Shown: one piece after another, positions 36,338 to 45,321 of the stretch | Numbering within the stretch: the first letter of the stretch is position 1 | Layout: every line of letters begins with the position of its first letter | Source of the DNA: a virus | Lineage: Duplodnaviria; Caudoviricetes | IMG/VR virus record: IMGVR_UViG_2867988698_000004 | Span: 55,000 to 118,999 of that record | Strand: one strand, 5' to 3' | Length of the DNA stretch: 64,000 nt | The notes under the pieces: model-generated | Database searches by the model: none | What the model was told of the DNA's origin: nothing | The model's input: only the letters and a program-made list of their open reading frames with translations | Position numbers and translations under genes: made by a program

Positions 36338-37731
36338 GGTGCTTCCTGGCGGAGATGCGGAGGGATGAGGGCGTACGGGTCGGCGGGGAGCGGGCGAGGG
36401 TGGCCGAGTTCGGCCGGGGTGACGCCATCGGCGAGGACCTGGGCCAGCTCGGTGGCGTAGCGGTGCCAGTAGGTGACCTCGTCGTCATCGATGAGCTGGT
36501 TCCGCTCCTGGCGGCGTTTCTTGAAGTCCCCGCGCATCGCCAGCGTGAGCAGGAACCTCCAGCTCAGCCCCGTGACCGGATGCGGGGCCGTGGGCAGGAT
36601 CGGCTGGGTGGTCTTGCGGTAGTGGCGGGCGATGGCGTCGCGGATCCGCTCGGCGATGGTGGGCTGCACCTTCGGGTCGTGTTTGGACAGGAAGTGCAGG
36701 ATGAAGTCCCGCCATGCCATCCCCGCCGGCTTGTTGGGGCGGCTGTTGAACCCGTACAGCTCCGTGCGGGCGTACCGGTATGCCGCGCCGATGCCGGGGA
36801 CGCGCTCGGCCATGCGCGCCCACACGTCGGGGAAGCATTCGGCGTAGACGTGGATCTTCTGCAGCGGCTCCTCACCGAACGCCGGGGAACACCGCTGCCC
36901 GGAGACTCCGACGCCGGCCATCTCCATCAGGTCGTAGGCGCGGTTGTAGTCCCAGCCGCGGACCCGTACGGCGGCCCACACGTCGGCGGTGAGCCAGTCG
37001 TAGATCGGGTAGGCCTTCCAGAGGTTGCCGTGATCGACGGCGGCGGCCTGCCGGCCCTGGGCGGCGACGTCGTACTTGACGATGTAGTTGTCGACGGCGC
37101 GGCGGCGGACCGCCATCGCTCGGATCCGGGACTCCTGCGCGCGGATCCCCATGAGCATCGCCGTCGTGTGCGGGGGCGGGGCGAGCAGCCCGTTGGTGTT
37201 CGGGATGGTCAGCCGCTCCTCGGGCGGCCAGAGCGGGAACCCGGGCAGCGTGGTCAGGGCCTCCGGCGGCAGCGGACGGCACCATCGCTCCTGGTCCTCC
37301 GGCGCCCAGGGCCACCAGTACGGATACCGGCGCGAGCAGGCGTTGCGGTGCTGCACCGGCAGGCAGTACCACTCCAGCGCGACGTCGGGACGCTGGGCGA
37401 TACGGCGGACGTACTCCTCGGTCTCCTGCGGGATCGCCTCCTCATCGAAATGCACCACCCGCAGCGGCAGGTGCCGCTCGAAGCGGGGGTCGCTGTGGGC
37501 GACCTCCAGCGCGACGTTCAGCACCGCGGTGGAGTCCTTGCCGCCGGAGAATGCCACGAACACCCGGTCGTGGGTGTCCATCACGTAGGCGGTCCGCTCA
37601 CAGGCGAGGGTGTAGACGTCCGAGCCGGCGGCGACGCGCGGCAGCGTGGCCTTCAGCTCGTAGGCGTCGTCATGCCGGTCGATCGGGGTGCCCTCCGGCA
37701 CCCAGCCGTCCGGCAGAGCAGCGTCGGTCAC
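36334..37731 (-). CDS. IbrA-like PAPS reductase/DUF3440 protein, paralog 2
   Basis: Same motifs; 4-nt overlaps on both sides. Confidence 0.88.
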   Translation of the reverse strand: MTDAALPDGWVPEGTPIDRHDDAYELKATLPRVAAGSDVYTLACERTAYVMDTHDRVFVAFSGGKDSTAVLNVALEVAHSDPRFERHLPLRVVHFDEEAIPQETEEYVRRIAQRPDVALEWYCLPVQHRNACSRRYPYWWPWAPEDQERWCRPLPPEALTTLPGFPLWPPEERLTIPNTNGLLAPPPHTTAMLMGIRAQESRIRAMAVRRRAVDNYIVKYDVAAQGRQAAAVDHGNLWKAYPIYDWLTADVWAAVRVRGWDYNRAYDLMEMAGVGVSGQRCSPAFGEEPLQKIHVYAECFPDVWARMAERVPGIGAAYRYARTELYGFNSRPNKPAGMAWRDFILHFLSKHDPKVQPTIAERIRDAIARHYRKTTQPILPTAPHPVTGLSWRFLLTLAMRGDFKKRRQERNQLIDDDEVTYWHRYATELAQVLADGVTPAELGHPRPLPADPYALIPPHLRQEAP

Positions 37732-39116
37732 GGGCGCTCCTGGTGGGCGTACTCGGCGGGGATGAGGGCGTACGGATCGGACGGCAGCGCGCGCGGGTGG
37801 CCCAGCTCCGCGCCGGTGCCGGCGGTGAGGATCTGCGCCAGCTCCTGGGTGTACTTGCGCCAGTACGCGGCGGCGGTGGCGTCCATGAGCTGGGTGACCT
37901 CCTGGCGGCGTTTCTTGAAGTCACCGCGCATCGCCAGGTTCAGCAGGAAGTTCCAGTTCAGCCCGGTCGCCGGATGTGGGGACTTGGGGAGGATCGGATG
38001 GGTCGTCTGCCGGTAGTGGCGGGCGATGGCCTCGCGGATCCGCTCGGCGATCTGGGGCTGCGCTCGCGGGTCGTGCTTGGACAGGTAGTGGGTGATGAAG
38101 TCCGGCCAGGTCATCCCGTCCGGCTTGGGCGGCTTGGCGAGGAACCCGTACAGCTCGGTGCGGGCGTAGCGGTAGGCGGCGCCGACACCGGGCACCCGCT
38201 CGGCCATCCGCGCCCACACGTCCGGGAAGCACTGGGCGTACATGTGGAGTTTCTGCAGCGGCTCCTCACCGACCGCCGGTGAGCAGCGCTGCTGGTAGGG
38301 GGTGACGCCGGCCATTTCCATGAGGTCGTAGGCGCGGTTGTAGTCCCAGCTGTGCACCCGGGCGGCGGCCCAGACGTCCTCGGTCCGCCAGTCGTAGATC
38401 GGGTATGCCTTCCAGATGTTGCCCTGGGCGGTCAGGCCCTCCCCGTAGGGGACGATGTAGTTGTCGATGGGGCGGCGGCGGACGGCCATCGCGCGGATCC
38501 GGGACTCTTGCGCGCGGATGCCCATGAGCATCGCCGTCGTGTGGGGCGGTGGGCAGAGCGGCCCGTTGAACTGCGGGATGGACATGCGCGCGGACGGCGG
38601 CCAGACCGGGAAGGCGGGGTGGCTGGTGATCGCCTCCGGCGGGAGCGGCCGGCACCATCGCTCCTGGTCCTCCGGCGCCCAGGGCCACCAGTACGGATGG
38701 CGGCGGGAGCAGGCGTTGCGGTGCTTGACCGGTAGGCAGTACCACTCCAGGGCGACGTCGGGTCGCTGGGCGACGCGGCGGACGTACTCCTCGGTCTCGA
38801 TGGGGATGGCCTCCTCATCGAAATGCACCACCCGCAGCGGCAGGTGCCGCTCGAAGCGGGGATCGCTGTGGGCGACCTGCAGGGCGATGTTCAGCACGGC
38901 GGTGGAGTCCTTGCCGCCGGAGAAGGAGACGGCGACCCGGTCGTGGTTGTCCATCACGTAGGCGATGCGCTCACACGCCAGGGTGTAGACGTCCGCGCTG
39001 GCGGCGACGCGGGGCCGGTTGTTCTTGGCGACGTAGCCGCGGACGTGTTCCTCGCCCTGGATGACGGTGCCCTCCGGCAGCCAGCCGTCCGGCAGGGCGC
39101 TGCTGGTGTCGGTCAT
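37728..39116 (-). CDS. IbrA-like PAPS reductase/DUF3440 protein, paralog 3
   Basis: Same motifs; 4-nt overlaps on both sides. Confidence 0.88.
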   Translation of the reverse strand: MTDTSSALPDGWLPEGTVIQGEEHVRGYVAKNNRPRVAASADVYTLACERIAYVMDNHDRVAVSFSGGKDSTAVLNIALQVAHSDPRFERHLPLRVVHFDEEAIPIETEEYVRRVAQRPDVALEWYCLPVKHRNACSRRHPYWWPWAPEDQERWCRPLPPEAITSHPAFPVWPPSARMSIPQFNGPLCPPPHTTAMLMGIRAQESRIRAMAVRRRPIDNYIVPYGEGLTAQGNIWKAYPIYDWRTEDVWAAARVHSWDYNRAYDLMEMAGVTPYQQRCSPAVGEEPLQKLHMYAQCFPDVWARMAERVPGVGAAYRYARTELYGFLAKPPKPDGMTWPDFITHYLSKHDPRAQPQIAERIREAIARHYRQTTHPILPKSPHPATGLNWNFLLNLAMRGDFKKRRQEVTQLMDATAAAYWRKYTQELAQILTAGTGAELGHPRALPSDPYALIPAEYAHQERP

Positions 39117-39700
39117 GGGTGTTCCTGGCAGATCGTGTCCTCGGGGACGGGGGCGGCGTCGGGGTGGAACCGGCGGGACGCCAGGTACAGGCCGGTCGGA
39201 TGCCGGTGCTGCCAGAGCGGCAGTCCCCGCCGCCAGACGACGAGACTCCCGTCAACGTCGAGGACGAGCAGCGCCCAGGCGGCGGTGTCCGCATCGGCGA
39301 GGGCCGCCCGGAGCGCGTGCGGCCCGTCGAGCTGCCGGCGGTGGTGGGCGTACAGCTCCGCCAGGGCGACGCTGTCCGACGCCGCGTCGGGGGTGAGGGT
39401 CCGCCAGTTGCGGACGGTGCCGTTGTGGGCGAGCCAGTGCCCGCCGGCCGCGACCGGCTGCAGGCCGGTGCGGTCGCGGTAGTCGCCGGTGGTGGCCAGG
39501 CGGGCGTGGCCGATCACCGCGCGGTCGGTCAGATCGCGCACCGCCGCCGGCGGGAGGGGCCCGAACTCGTGGCGGGTGGTGCTGGCGCTGGTGGCCCAGC
39601 CGTGCCCGTGCGGCCCCCTGGAGGCGGCCGCGGTGGCGGCCGCCTCCAGCAGGTCCGGATCGGGCCTGGCGGGGCCGAGGTAGGCGAAGATCCCGCACAT
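39113..39700 (-). CDS. Class II (Ntn) glutamine amidotransferase
   Basis: MCGIF N-terminal Cys, SRGPHGHG, IGHARLAT, QP, LAHNG, SDS. Confidence 0.88.
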   Translation of the reverse strand: MCGIFAYLGPARPDPDLLEAAATAAASRGPHGHGWATSASTTRHEFGPLPPAAVRDLTDRAVIGHARLATTGDYRDRTGLQPVAAGGHWLAHNGTVRNWRTLTPDAASDSVALAELYAHHRRQLDGPHALRAALADADTAAWALLVLDVDGSLVVWRRGLPLWQHRHPTGLYLASRRFHPDAAPVPEDTICQEHP

Positions 39701-40488
39701 CACTGCCTGCCGGTGCGGCGCATCCAGTCCGCGGCCGCGGGCAGGTCGGGAGCGGCGGCGCGGATGACGTCGGGGTCGATCTCCCAGACCTCCTCGAACC
39801 CGTGATCGCGGTCGCGGGTCCACTGGCGGGCGGGCCAGGAGCCGGTGCCGACCTGGTAGCCGCGGGGCCAGTCGTAGCAGGGCGGCATCGGGAGCTGTTC
39901 GCGGTCGATGAGGGCGAAGACGGCCTCGTGCGGCCAGGCCGCGAGGGGGCTGTAGCGGGTGATGCCCTCCTTGTTGGTGTAGATGTGCTGGCCCTTGGGG
40001 CCGGTGTAGTTGCCGTCCGCAGTCCGGCGGCCGAGCAGCAGCAGATCGAGGTTGTTCTGCCGGTAGTAGCGGGCCTGGCCGCGGTGGTTGACGATGCTGA
40101 ACCAGCGGGTCCCGTAGGAGCCCTGGGGGAACAGCATCTCGGGGTGCTGGGCGAGCCAGGCGAGGTCCTGGCCGGTGTTGATGACGGTGAGGCCGCCCGG
40201 CATGTGGTCGGTGACCCAGGTCAGGAACGCCGGGAACTCCAGGTTGGAGATCGCCAGGCAGCAGTCTTCGACGCCGGCGAGCTCAGCCACATGGCCGAGG
40301 GCGATGGAGTCCTTGCCGCCGGACCAGGCGTAGGCGGCCCGCTTGCCGCGGGTCTGCGCGCGGATCGCCTCGACGGTCTGGTCGATGAGCTGGTCCAGCC
40401 GCTCGTCCGGCCACTCGGCGCGGGCCTGGGCGCGTGCCCGCCGCCAGGTCTCGGAGTCGGGGAGGGTCTGCTTACGTGGAATCGCCAC
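39700..40488 (-). CDS. Short PP-loop / PAPS-reductase-like protein
   Basis: YAWSGGKDS, LGRRTADGN, YSPLAAW; TGATG coupling to the amidotransferase. Confidence 0.8.
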   Translation of the reverse strand: MAIPRKQTLPDSETWRRARAQARAEWPDERLDQLIDQTVEAIRAQTRGKRAAYAWSGGKDSIALGHVAELAGVEDCCLAISNLEFPAFLTWVTDHMPGGLTVINTGQDLAWLAQHPEMLFPQGSYGTRWFSIVNHRGQARYYRQNNLDLLLLGRRTADGNYTGPKGQHIYTNKEGITRYSPLAAWPHEAVFALIDREQLPMPPCYDWPRGYQVGTGSWPARQWTRDRDHGFEEVWEIDPDVIRAAAPDLPAAADWMRRTGRQ

Positions 40489-40503
40489 GAGCGTGGTCCC
40501 CGA

Positions 40504-40935
40504 TCAGGCGAACAGCGGGAGGTCGCTGACGGTGCCGGCCCAGTCGGTGAAGGACATCCGTTCCGGGGAGTCGACCGGCTTGTGGGGGGCGCCGATGGCC
40601 AGGAGCGTGTGCCCGGCCTCTCCGGCGCCGACCGCGTGCGGAACCTGGCCGGGCACCATGTAGATGTCGCCCGGCCGGACCTGGTAGGTGCGTTCGTCGA
40701 TGCTGATGGTGCCCTCCCCCTCCAGGCACAGCAGCAGGTGGTCGCCGGGGTGGACGTGGATGGGGAACCGGGCGTGCGGCGGGACCTTGAGCAGGTCGGC
40801 GCCGAGGTGGCCGTTGGTGTGCAGGGCCAGGCCGAGGGCGTCGGCGCCGTGTACCGGGACGCCCTGCTCGGCGACCGCCAGGGTGGCGGCGCGGAGGTTG
40901 ATGATCGACAGGTCGCTGCTGGTCTGGCGGGTCAC
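40504..40935 (-). CDS. Cupin-domain protein
   Basis: FPIHVHPGDH...LEGEG...PGDIYMVPGQVPH. Confidence 0.85.
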   Translation of the reverse strand: MTRQTSSDLSIINLRAATLAVAEQGVPVHGADALGLALHTNGHLGADLLKVPPHARFPIHVHPGDHLLLCLEGEGTISIDERTYQVRPGDIYMVPGQVPHAVGAGEAGHTLLAIGAPHKPVDSPERMSFTDWAGTVSDLPLFA

Positions 40936-41864
40936 TGGTTTTCCTCGCTGACGGTGGACAGGTACTGCTGGCAGATGTCGGTCAGGGCCTCGGCGGCGGT
41001 CTCGAAGCCGCCGGCGGCCTGGGCGTGCTTGAGGGCGGCGCGGATCGTGTCGCGCTGCGGGAGGGTGACGACCCACTGGATCGGCACGGTGGTCTGCGGC
41101 GGCGGCATCGGGCTCACCCCGCCCACCACCGGCGCCGCCGCCGCAGCGGCTGCTGGTCCGGCCGCCGGGGCGGGGGTGGGCTGTCCCGGCGCCGCGGCGG
41201 CGGGGCCCGGGCTGGGCGCGCCGCCGGGGGGCAGACTGGCAGCGCCGACCGCCCCGTCCGGTCCGGCGGCCGGACCGGACGGCGGGGCGGAGGGCTGGGC
41301 GGGATCGTCCTTCGGGGCGGTGAAGGCGGACAGGAACTCGGTGGTCTCCTCCGCCAGGGCGCCGGTCACCTTCAACAGGTCGTCGTAGTCCTCGGGGGTG
41401 TAGCCGGTGCCGGTGTAGTCACCGCCCAGCTCGCCCAGCAGCTCCAGCAGCGCCTTGTCGTCGTACTCCCCCAGATCGGACGTGCGGTTGTCGGCGACGT
41501 TGATGCGGCGTGCGGCGTCGTCGTCGCAGCGGATGACCTCGCAGCGGGCGGTCGGCGTCCACGCCTTGTTGCCGCAGATGCCGCAGGGCTGCTCGGCGTC
41601 GCCGACCTTGACGGTCTGGCCGCAGTCCCCGGGGCCGTGCGCCTTGAGGGCCTGCATGGTGTGGTTGCCGGCCAGCACGACCAGGCGGCCCTTCTTCACC
41701 TCGCGGACGACCAGGGACCGGTACTGGCTGTTGCGGCGCAGGCTGGCCAGGATCGCCTCGACGTCGCCCTTCTTGGCGTTGCCCGGATACGGGGTCAGGT
41801 CATTCAGCGGGACCTCGGCGGTCCGTAGATAGGTGACCTGCGCGGTCTGGGCGGTCTGGGCCAT
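40932..41864 (-). CDS. ParB N-terminal-domain protein A
   Basis: LTPYPGNA, QYRSLVV, VLAGNHT, INVADNR. Confidence 0.75.
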   Translation of the reverse strand: MAQTAQTAQVTYLRTAEVPLNDLTPYPGNAKKGDVEAILASLRRNSQYRSLVVREVKKGRLVVLAGNHTMQALKAHGPGDCGQTVKVGDAEQPCGICGNKAWTPTARCEVIRCDDDAARRINVADNRTSDLGEYDDKALLELLGELGGDYTGTGYTPEDYDDLLKVTGALAEETTEFLSAFTAPKDDPAQPSAPPSGPAAGPDGAVGAASLPPGGAPSPGPAAAAPGQPTPAPAAGPAAAAAAAPVVGGVSPMPPPQTTVPIQWVVTLPQRDTIRAALKHAQAAGGFETAAEALTDICQQYLSTVSEENQ

Positions 41865-41868
41865 TCGG

Positions 41869-42678
41869 CTACCTCTCTCCTTGTGCGGTGTGCGGGCTGT
41901 GGGCGCGGCGGCGGGCGGCGCGGCGGGCGTCCAGCTCGGCCTGCCACTGCCGGAAGGTCCGGTCGCCCTGGCGGCGCCGCAGGTGCGGGATGTTGTTGGC
42001 GGGGATGCCGACCGGGGCGGGGCCGAGGACGGCCAGCAGGTCGCTGGCGTTCTGGGAGTGCCAGCCCGCCGCGCGGATCGATTCCTCGTCGGGGAACACG
42101 TCGGCGACCCGATCGATACCGGGGCGGATCAGGTGGTCCTCGCGGCCGCCGTAGGAGTAGACCCACCAGAAGTTCCGGGGCGGGGCGGGCTCCACCAGCC
42201 TGCGGAACCTCGAGACTTCCTTCGTGTAGCAGTAGAAGTTGACGTAGGGGCGGAACGCCATGATCCGCAGCCAGGCCGCCAGGTAGTGGTCGGAGAAAAA
42301 GTCCCCGCTGTCGTGGATGCGGATCCAGCCGCCGCGGTGCCGCTGGTGGGCCAGCTCGGCGGCCATCTGCCGCTGCCAGCCGGGCAGGTCGTCCAGGACG
42401 TAGGCGAGGTTGGCCTGGTGGCGCTCGGCGACGGCGGGGAAGTTGTAGGTGCCGCTGCGTGCGTAGCAGGCCAGGGCGCAGACCCCGGCGGCCGGGCAGG
42501 TGGAGACGGTGCGGCCGTCCGGCAGGCGGGTGGCCAGCGCCGGGAGGGTCCAGTTCCACACCCCATCGGCGCGTAGCTCCGAGTTTTGGCCGAGCAGCCG
42601 GTCCGGGCGGCGCAGACGCCGGCGACGCCGCCGGCGTGTGGGGGTGGGCAGGGTCGCGGTGGTGGTCACGGTGGGCAC
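41869..42678 (-). CDS. Gp88-like protein (putative Fe-S / radical-SAM-like)
   Basis: TCPAAGVCALACYA, IRIHDSGDFFS, FYCYTK, YSYGG. Confidence 0.7.
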   Translation of the reverse strand: MPTVTTTATLPTPTRRRRRRRLRRPDRLLGQNSELRADGVWNWTLPALATRLPDGRTVSTCPAAGVCALACYARSGTYNFPAVAERHQANLAYVLDDLPGWQRQMAAELAHQRHRGGWIRIHDSGDFFSDHYLAAWLRIMAFRPYVNFYCYTKEVSRFRRLVEPAPPRNFWWVYSYGGREDHLIRPGIDRVADVFPDEESIRAAGWHSQNASDLLAVLGPAPVGIPANNIPHLRRRQGDRTFRQWQAELDARRAARRRAHSPHTAQGER

Positions 42679-42684
42679 CTCCGG

Positions 42685-43686
42685 TCAGTGGAGCTCGACG
42701 TCGGCGGCGCGCAGCAGGGACGCCACGGTGACCGTTCCGTCCGGGGCGTGGCGGGAGTCCAGGACGGCGACCAGCGTCCGCAGCCCCCGCAGGACGATCT
42801 CCGGCGTGCCCGCTGCGGGCAGGACCTCGCGGGCGGCGGCGATGAGCCGGTTCGCCTCGTCCCGGTCCTCTGGCGGGTAGGTCAGGATCAGATGGACCTG
42901 GCCCGGTGGCTGCGGCAGGACCGGCTGGGCGGGCTGGGCGGGCTGGGTGGTGGGCTGGACGCCCTGGGCGGGGGCGGCGGGCTGCCCGGCAGGAGGGGCG
43001 GCGGCGGGGCCGTCAGCGGCTCCTGCAGGTCCCTGCGCGGCCGGGACGTCGTCGGCCTGTCCCTGCTGGGGCTCGCGGCCGTTCTCCTGGCCCCCGCCCT
43101 CCTCGCCCTCGTCGGCCTCGTCTTCGTCGTAGGGGGTTTCCTCGATCTGGACGATCTCCAGGACCTCCAGGAGGTCGCCCAGGTCGGTGTCGGTGTAGCC
43201 GGTGCCGATCAGGTCGCCGTCCAGGCCAGCGATGAGCTCCAGCAGCGCGGTGTCGTCGTAGGTGCCCAGATCAGCGGACCGGTTGTCCACCAGGTTGATC
43301 CGGCGGGCGGTGGCGTCGTTGCAGGTGACGATCTCGCAGCGCGCGGCCGGTTCCCACGGCTTGCCGCCGCACAGTCCGCAGGGACGTTCCTCCTCCCCCA
43401 CCGTGTAGGTCATGCCGCAGGGGCCTGGGCCGTGCGCGGCGATCGCCTGCAGGGTGTGGTTTCCGGCCAGCACCACCAGCCGCCCCGGCTGGTCCGGCTG
43501 GTCCGGCTGGTCCGGCTCGACCTCGCGGACCACCAGGGACCTGTACTGGCCGTTGCTGCATAGGCTCTCCAGGCTCGTGGCGGCGTCCCCGCGTTTGGCG
43601 TTGCCCGGGTAGGGCGTCAGCTCGCCCAGCGGAACGGTGGCGGTCCGTAGGTAGGTGGCTGAGGCCACCTTGGACACCTCGGTCAT
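42685..43686 (-). CDS. ParB N-terminal-domain protein B (paralog of A)
   Basis: LTPYPGNA, QYRSLVV, VLAGNHT, INLVDNR; GGGGAG RBS. Confidence 0.75.
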   Translation of the reverse strand: MTEVSKVASATYLRTATVPLGELTPYPGNAKRGDAATSLESLCSNGQYRSLVVREVEPDQPDQPDQPGRLVVLAGNHTLQAIAAHGPGPCGMTYTVGEEERPCGLCGGKPWEPAARCEIVTCNDATARRINLVDNRSADLGTYDDTALLELIAGLDGDLIGTGYTDTDLGDLLEVLEIVQIEETPYDEDEADEGEEGGGQENGREPQQGQADDVPAAQGPAGAADGPAAAPPAGQPAAPAQGVQPTTQPAQPAQPVLPQPPGQVHLILTYPPEDRDEANRLIAAAREVLPAAGTPEIVLRGLRTLVAVLDSRHAPDGTVTVASLLRAADVELH

Positions 43687-43760
43687 GCGCTCCCCCCTGA
43701 TGAGCGGCAGGCGGCGGCCCCGTGGTGCCGCCCGGACATGTGAACGGTGCAGGTCGGTGG

Positions 43761-44111
43761 CTATGGGGCGATTCCGGCCTGTTCGAACGCGGCCTCCAGG
43801 TAGGAGATGTCGTGGGGGATGCCGGCGATCAGCAGCTCCCGCACGTAGGTGTCGGCGACCCGGATGATCTCGGGGCGGCCGGGGATGGCGGCGGCCAGCA
43901 GGTCCCAGTCGCCGGGGCGGATGAGGATGTCCAGCTGGGACCGGTAGATCTTGCGGTGGGTGTGGCGTAGCCAGGTGGGATTGGGGAGGTCCTTGTACTC
44001 CAGCCGGGACGTCACCATGCGTTTGCCCGCGATGTCCAGGGCGCGCAGCACCATCGTGTGCACCTGGCACAGGATCTCCCGGCAGGACGCACACTCCCCC
44101 GAAACGGTCAT
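43761..44111 (-). CDS. Hypothetical protein
   Basis: High GC3 body VLRALDIAGKR...YVRELL; start uncertain. Confidence 0.55.
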   Translation of the reverse strand: MTVSGECASCREILCQVHTMVLRALDIAGKRMVTSRLEYKDLPNPTWLRHTHRKIYRSQLDILIRPGDWDLLAAAIPGRPEIIRVADTYVRELLIAGIPHDISYLEAAFEQAGIAP

Positions 44112-44530
44112 ACCAGGCAGGCTAGTGCGCAACGATCATGGAGTGGGGGCGGCATTTTTCGCGGTGACCTGCGGGGTTTCCCCCATGTCGGCCGGGGTGG
44201 TTCGTGGCCCCGGCGACCCCCCGATCAGCGGAGGCCACGAACCTGACACGCCCCCCCCGACGACGAGGGAACCCGGCGGGGGCTGAGGCCGCCGGGCGAC
44301 ACGCATCCATGATCATCAGGTCGGGGGCGGTGGTGTCAAGCACCGGCCGCCGCGGGAACGTCCGGGGGCCGTACGATGAAGGTCCTCTCTGTGAGAGGTC
44401 AAGATGCAGAGGCCGGCGAGACTGCCACCCCCGCCCTGCGGGGAGATTCTCGCCGGCCTCGCTTTGGCACCTGGAACACGCAGGGAGACGGTGGGGGCCG
44501 CCCCCGGCTGGGTGCCGGGGGCGGCGCAGG

Positions 44531-44917
44531 TCACTCCGAGTCGAGTTCGAATCCAAGCTCCCTGGCGGCTGCGTCCGCCAGGGAGATCACCCGCATCAGC
44601 ACCCTGCTGACCGCGTCGTACTTCCACGGGTCTGGGGCACCGATGACCATCGTGTTGCCGACCTCGTAGGCGGTCAGCCACATCAGGACCGCCTCGTCGA
44701 TCAGGCCACGGGGCCAGTCCTCGATGGGCTGCGGCCCCAGCAGGCTCGTCCGGGTCCGGGCGAGCACTTCGATGGCCTCCTCGGGGTCCCACTCCTCCTC
44801 GAGGGGCGGGATCCCGATCGGGATGGGCAGGCGGCTCAGGAGCCGGGCCAGCAGCGTGTAGGTGGCTGCCAGCTCGACCTTGAGCCGTTCGAACTTCTCC
44901 TCGAAGGAGTCGTCCAC
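44531..44917 (-). CDS. Hypothetical protein, paralog of 45322-45693
   Basis: GAGGAG RBS; LPIPIGIP and PWKYD match LPLPIKIP and RWKLD. Confidence 0.7.
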   Translation of the reverse strand: MDDSFEEKFERLKVELAATYTLLARLLSRLPIPIGIPPLEEEWDPEEAIEVLARTRTSLLGPQPIEDWPRGLIDEAVLMWLTAYEVGNTMVIGAPDPWKYDAVSRVLMRVISLADAAARELGFELDSE

Positions 44918-44925
44918 CTGTGTCT

Positions 44926-45010
44926 CCTCTCTGCAGTTGTCAAGATGCCTGCCGGTCCAGGGCTGCCACCCCCCGTCCCGACACCAATAACTATACCACA
45001 GTCACATACC
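44926..45010 (-). promoter_or_regulatory. Repeated promoter/leader element, copy 1
   Basis: GGTATGTGACTGTGGTATAGTT ... TTGACAACTGCA ... AGAGGAG. Confidence 0.7.
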
Positions 45011-45321
45011 GGAGTGGGGGTCTCGAGGAACAGACCCCCGACCCGAAGCAGGCCGACACCCGGCGACGCGCCGGACGCGCCGGGGACCCGGGCCGCCACC
45101 GGCACGGCCCGCCCGCCGACCGCCGGTGTTCGCTCCGAGGGGCCGGCGACGCGAGGTTATGCTGGCGGCGACTCCTCTCGCGAGGGTCAACCTGCACAAG
45201 GGACCGGCGGGTGTTCCACCAGGCTTTGCAGCCTGCCCCCGCCGGTCCCGTTGCTTTTCCGCTGGTCGTGGCTCCGCGCAGAGGGGGCCGCCCCGGCCGG
45301 ATGCCGGGGCGGCCGGGCGGC

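Noticed and set aside
16613-38016. Long plus-strand ORFs (16613-18520, 19467-20975, 21822-24011, 25042-26700, 32574-34181, 36355-38016)
   Set aside because: Antisense shadows of well-supported minus-strand genes, expected in high-GC DNA.
34931-39116. Near-identical blocks as a DGR template/variable repeat
   Set aside because: No reverse transcriptase; whole genes are duplicated and differences do not look adenine-specific.
32478-43686. Canonical Dnd/Ssp phosphorothioation or 7-deazaguanine cluster
   Set aside because: No DndA/D/E, SspB/C, FolE, QueD/E or DpdA motifs recognised.
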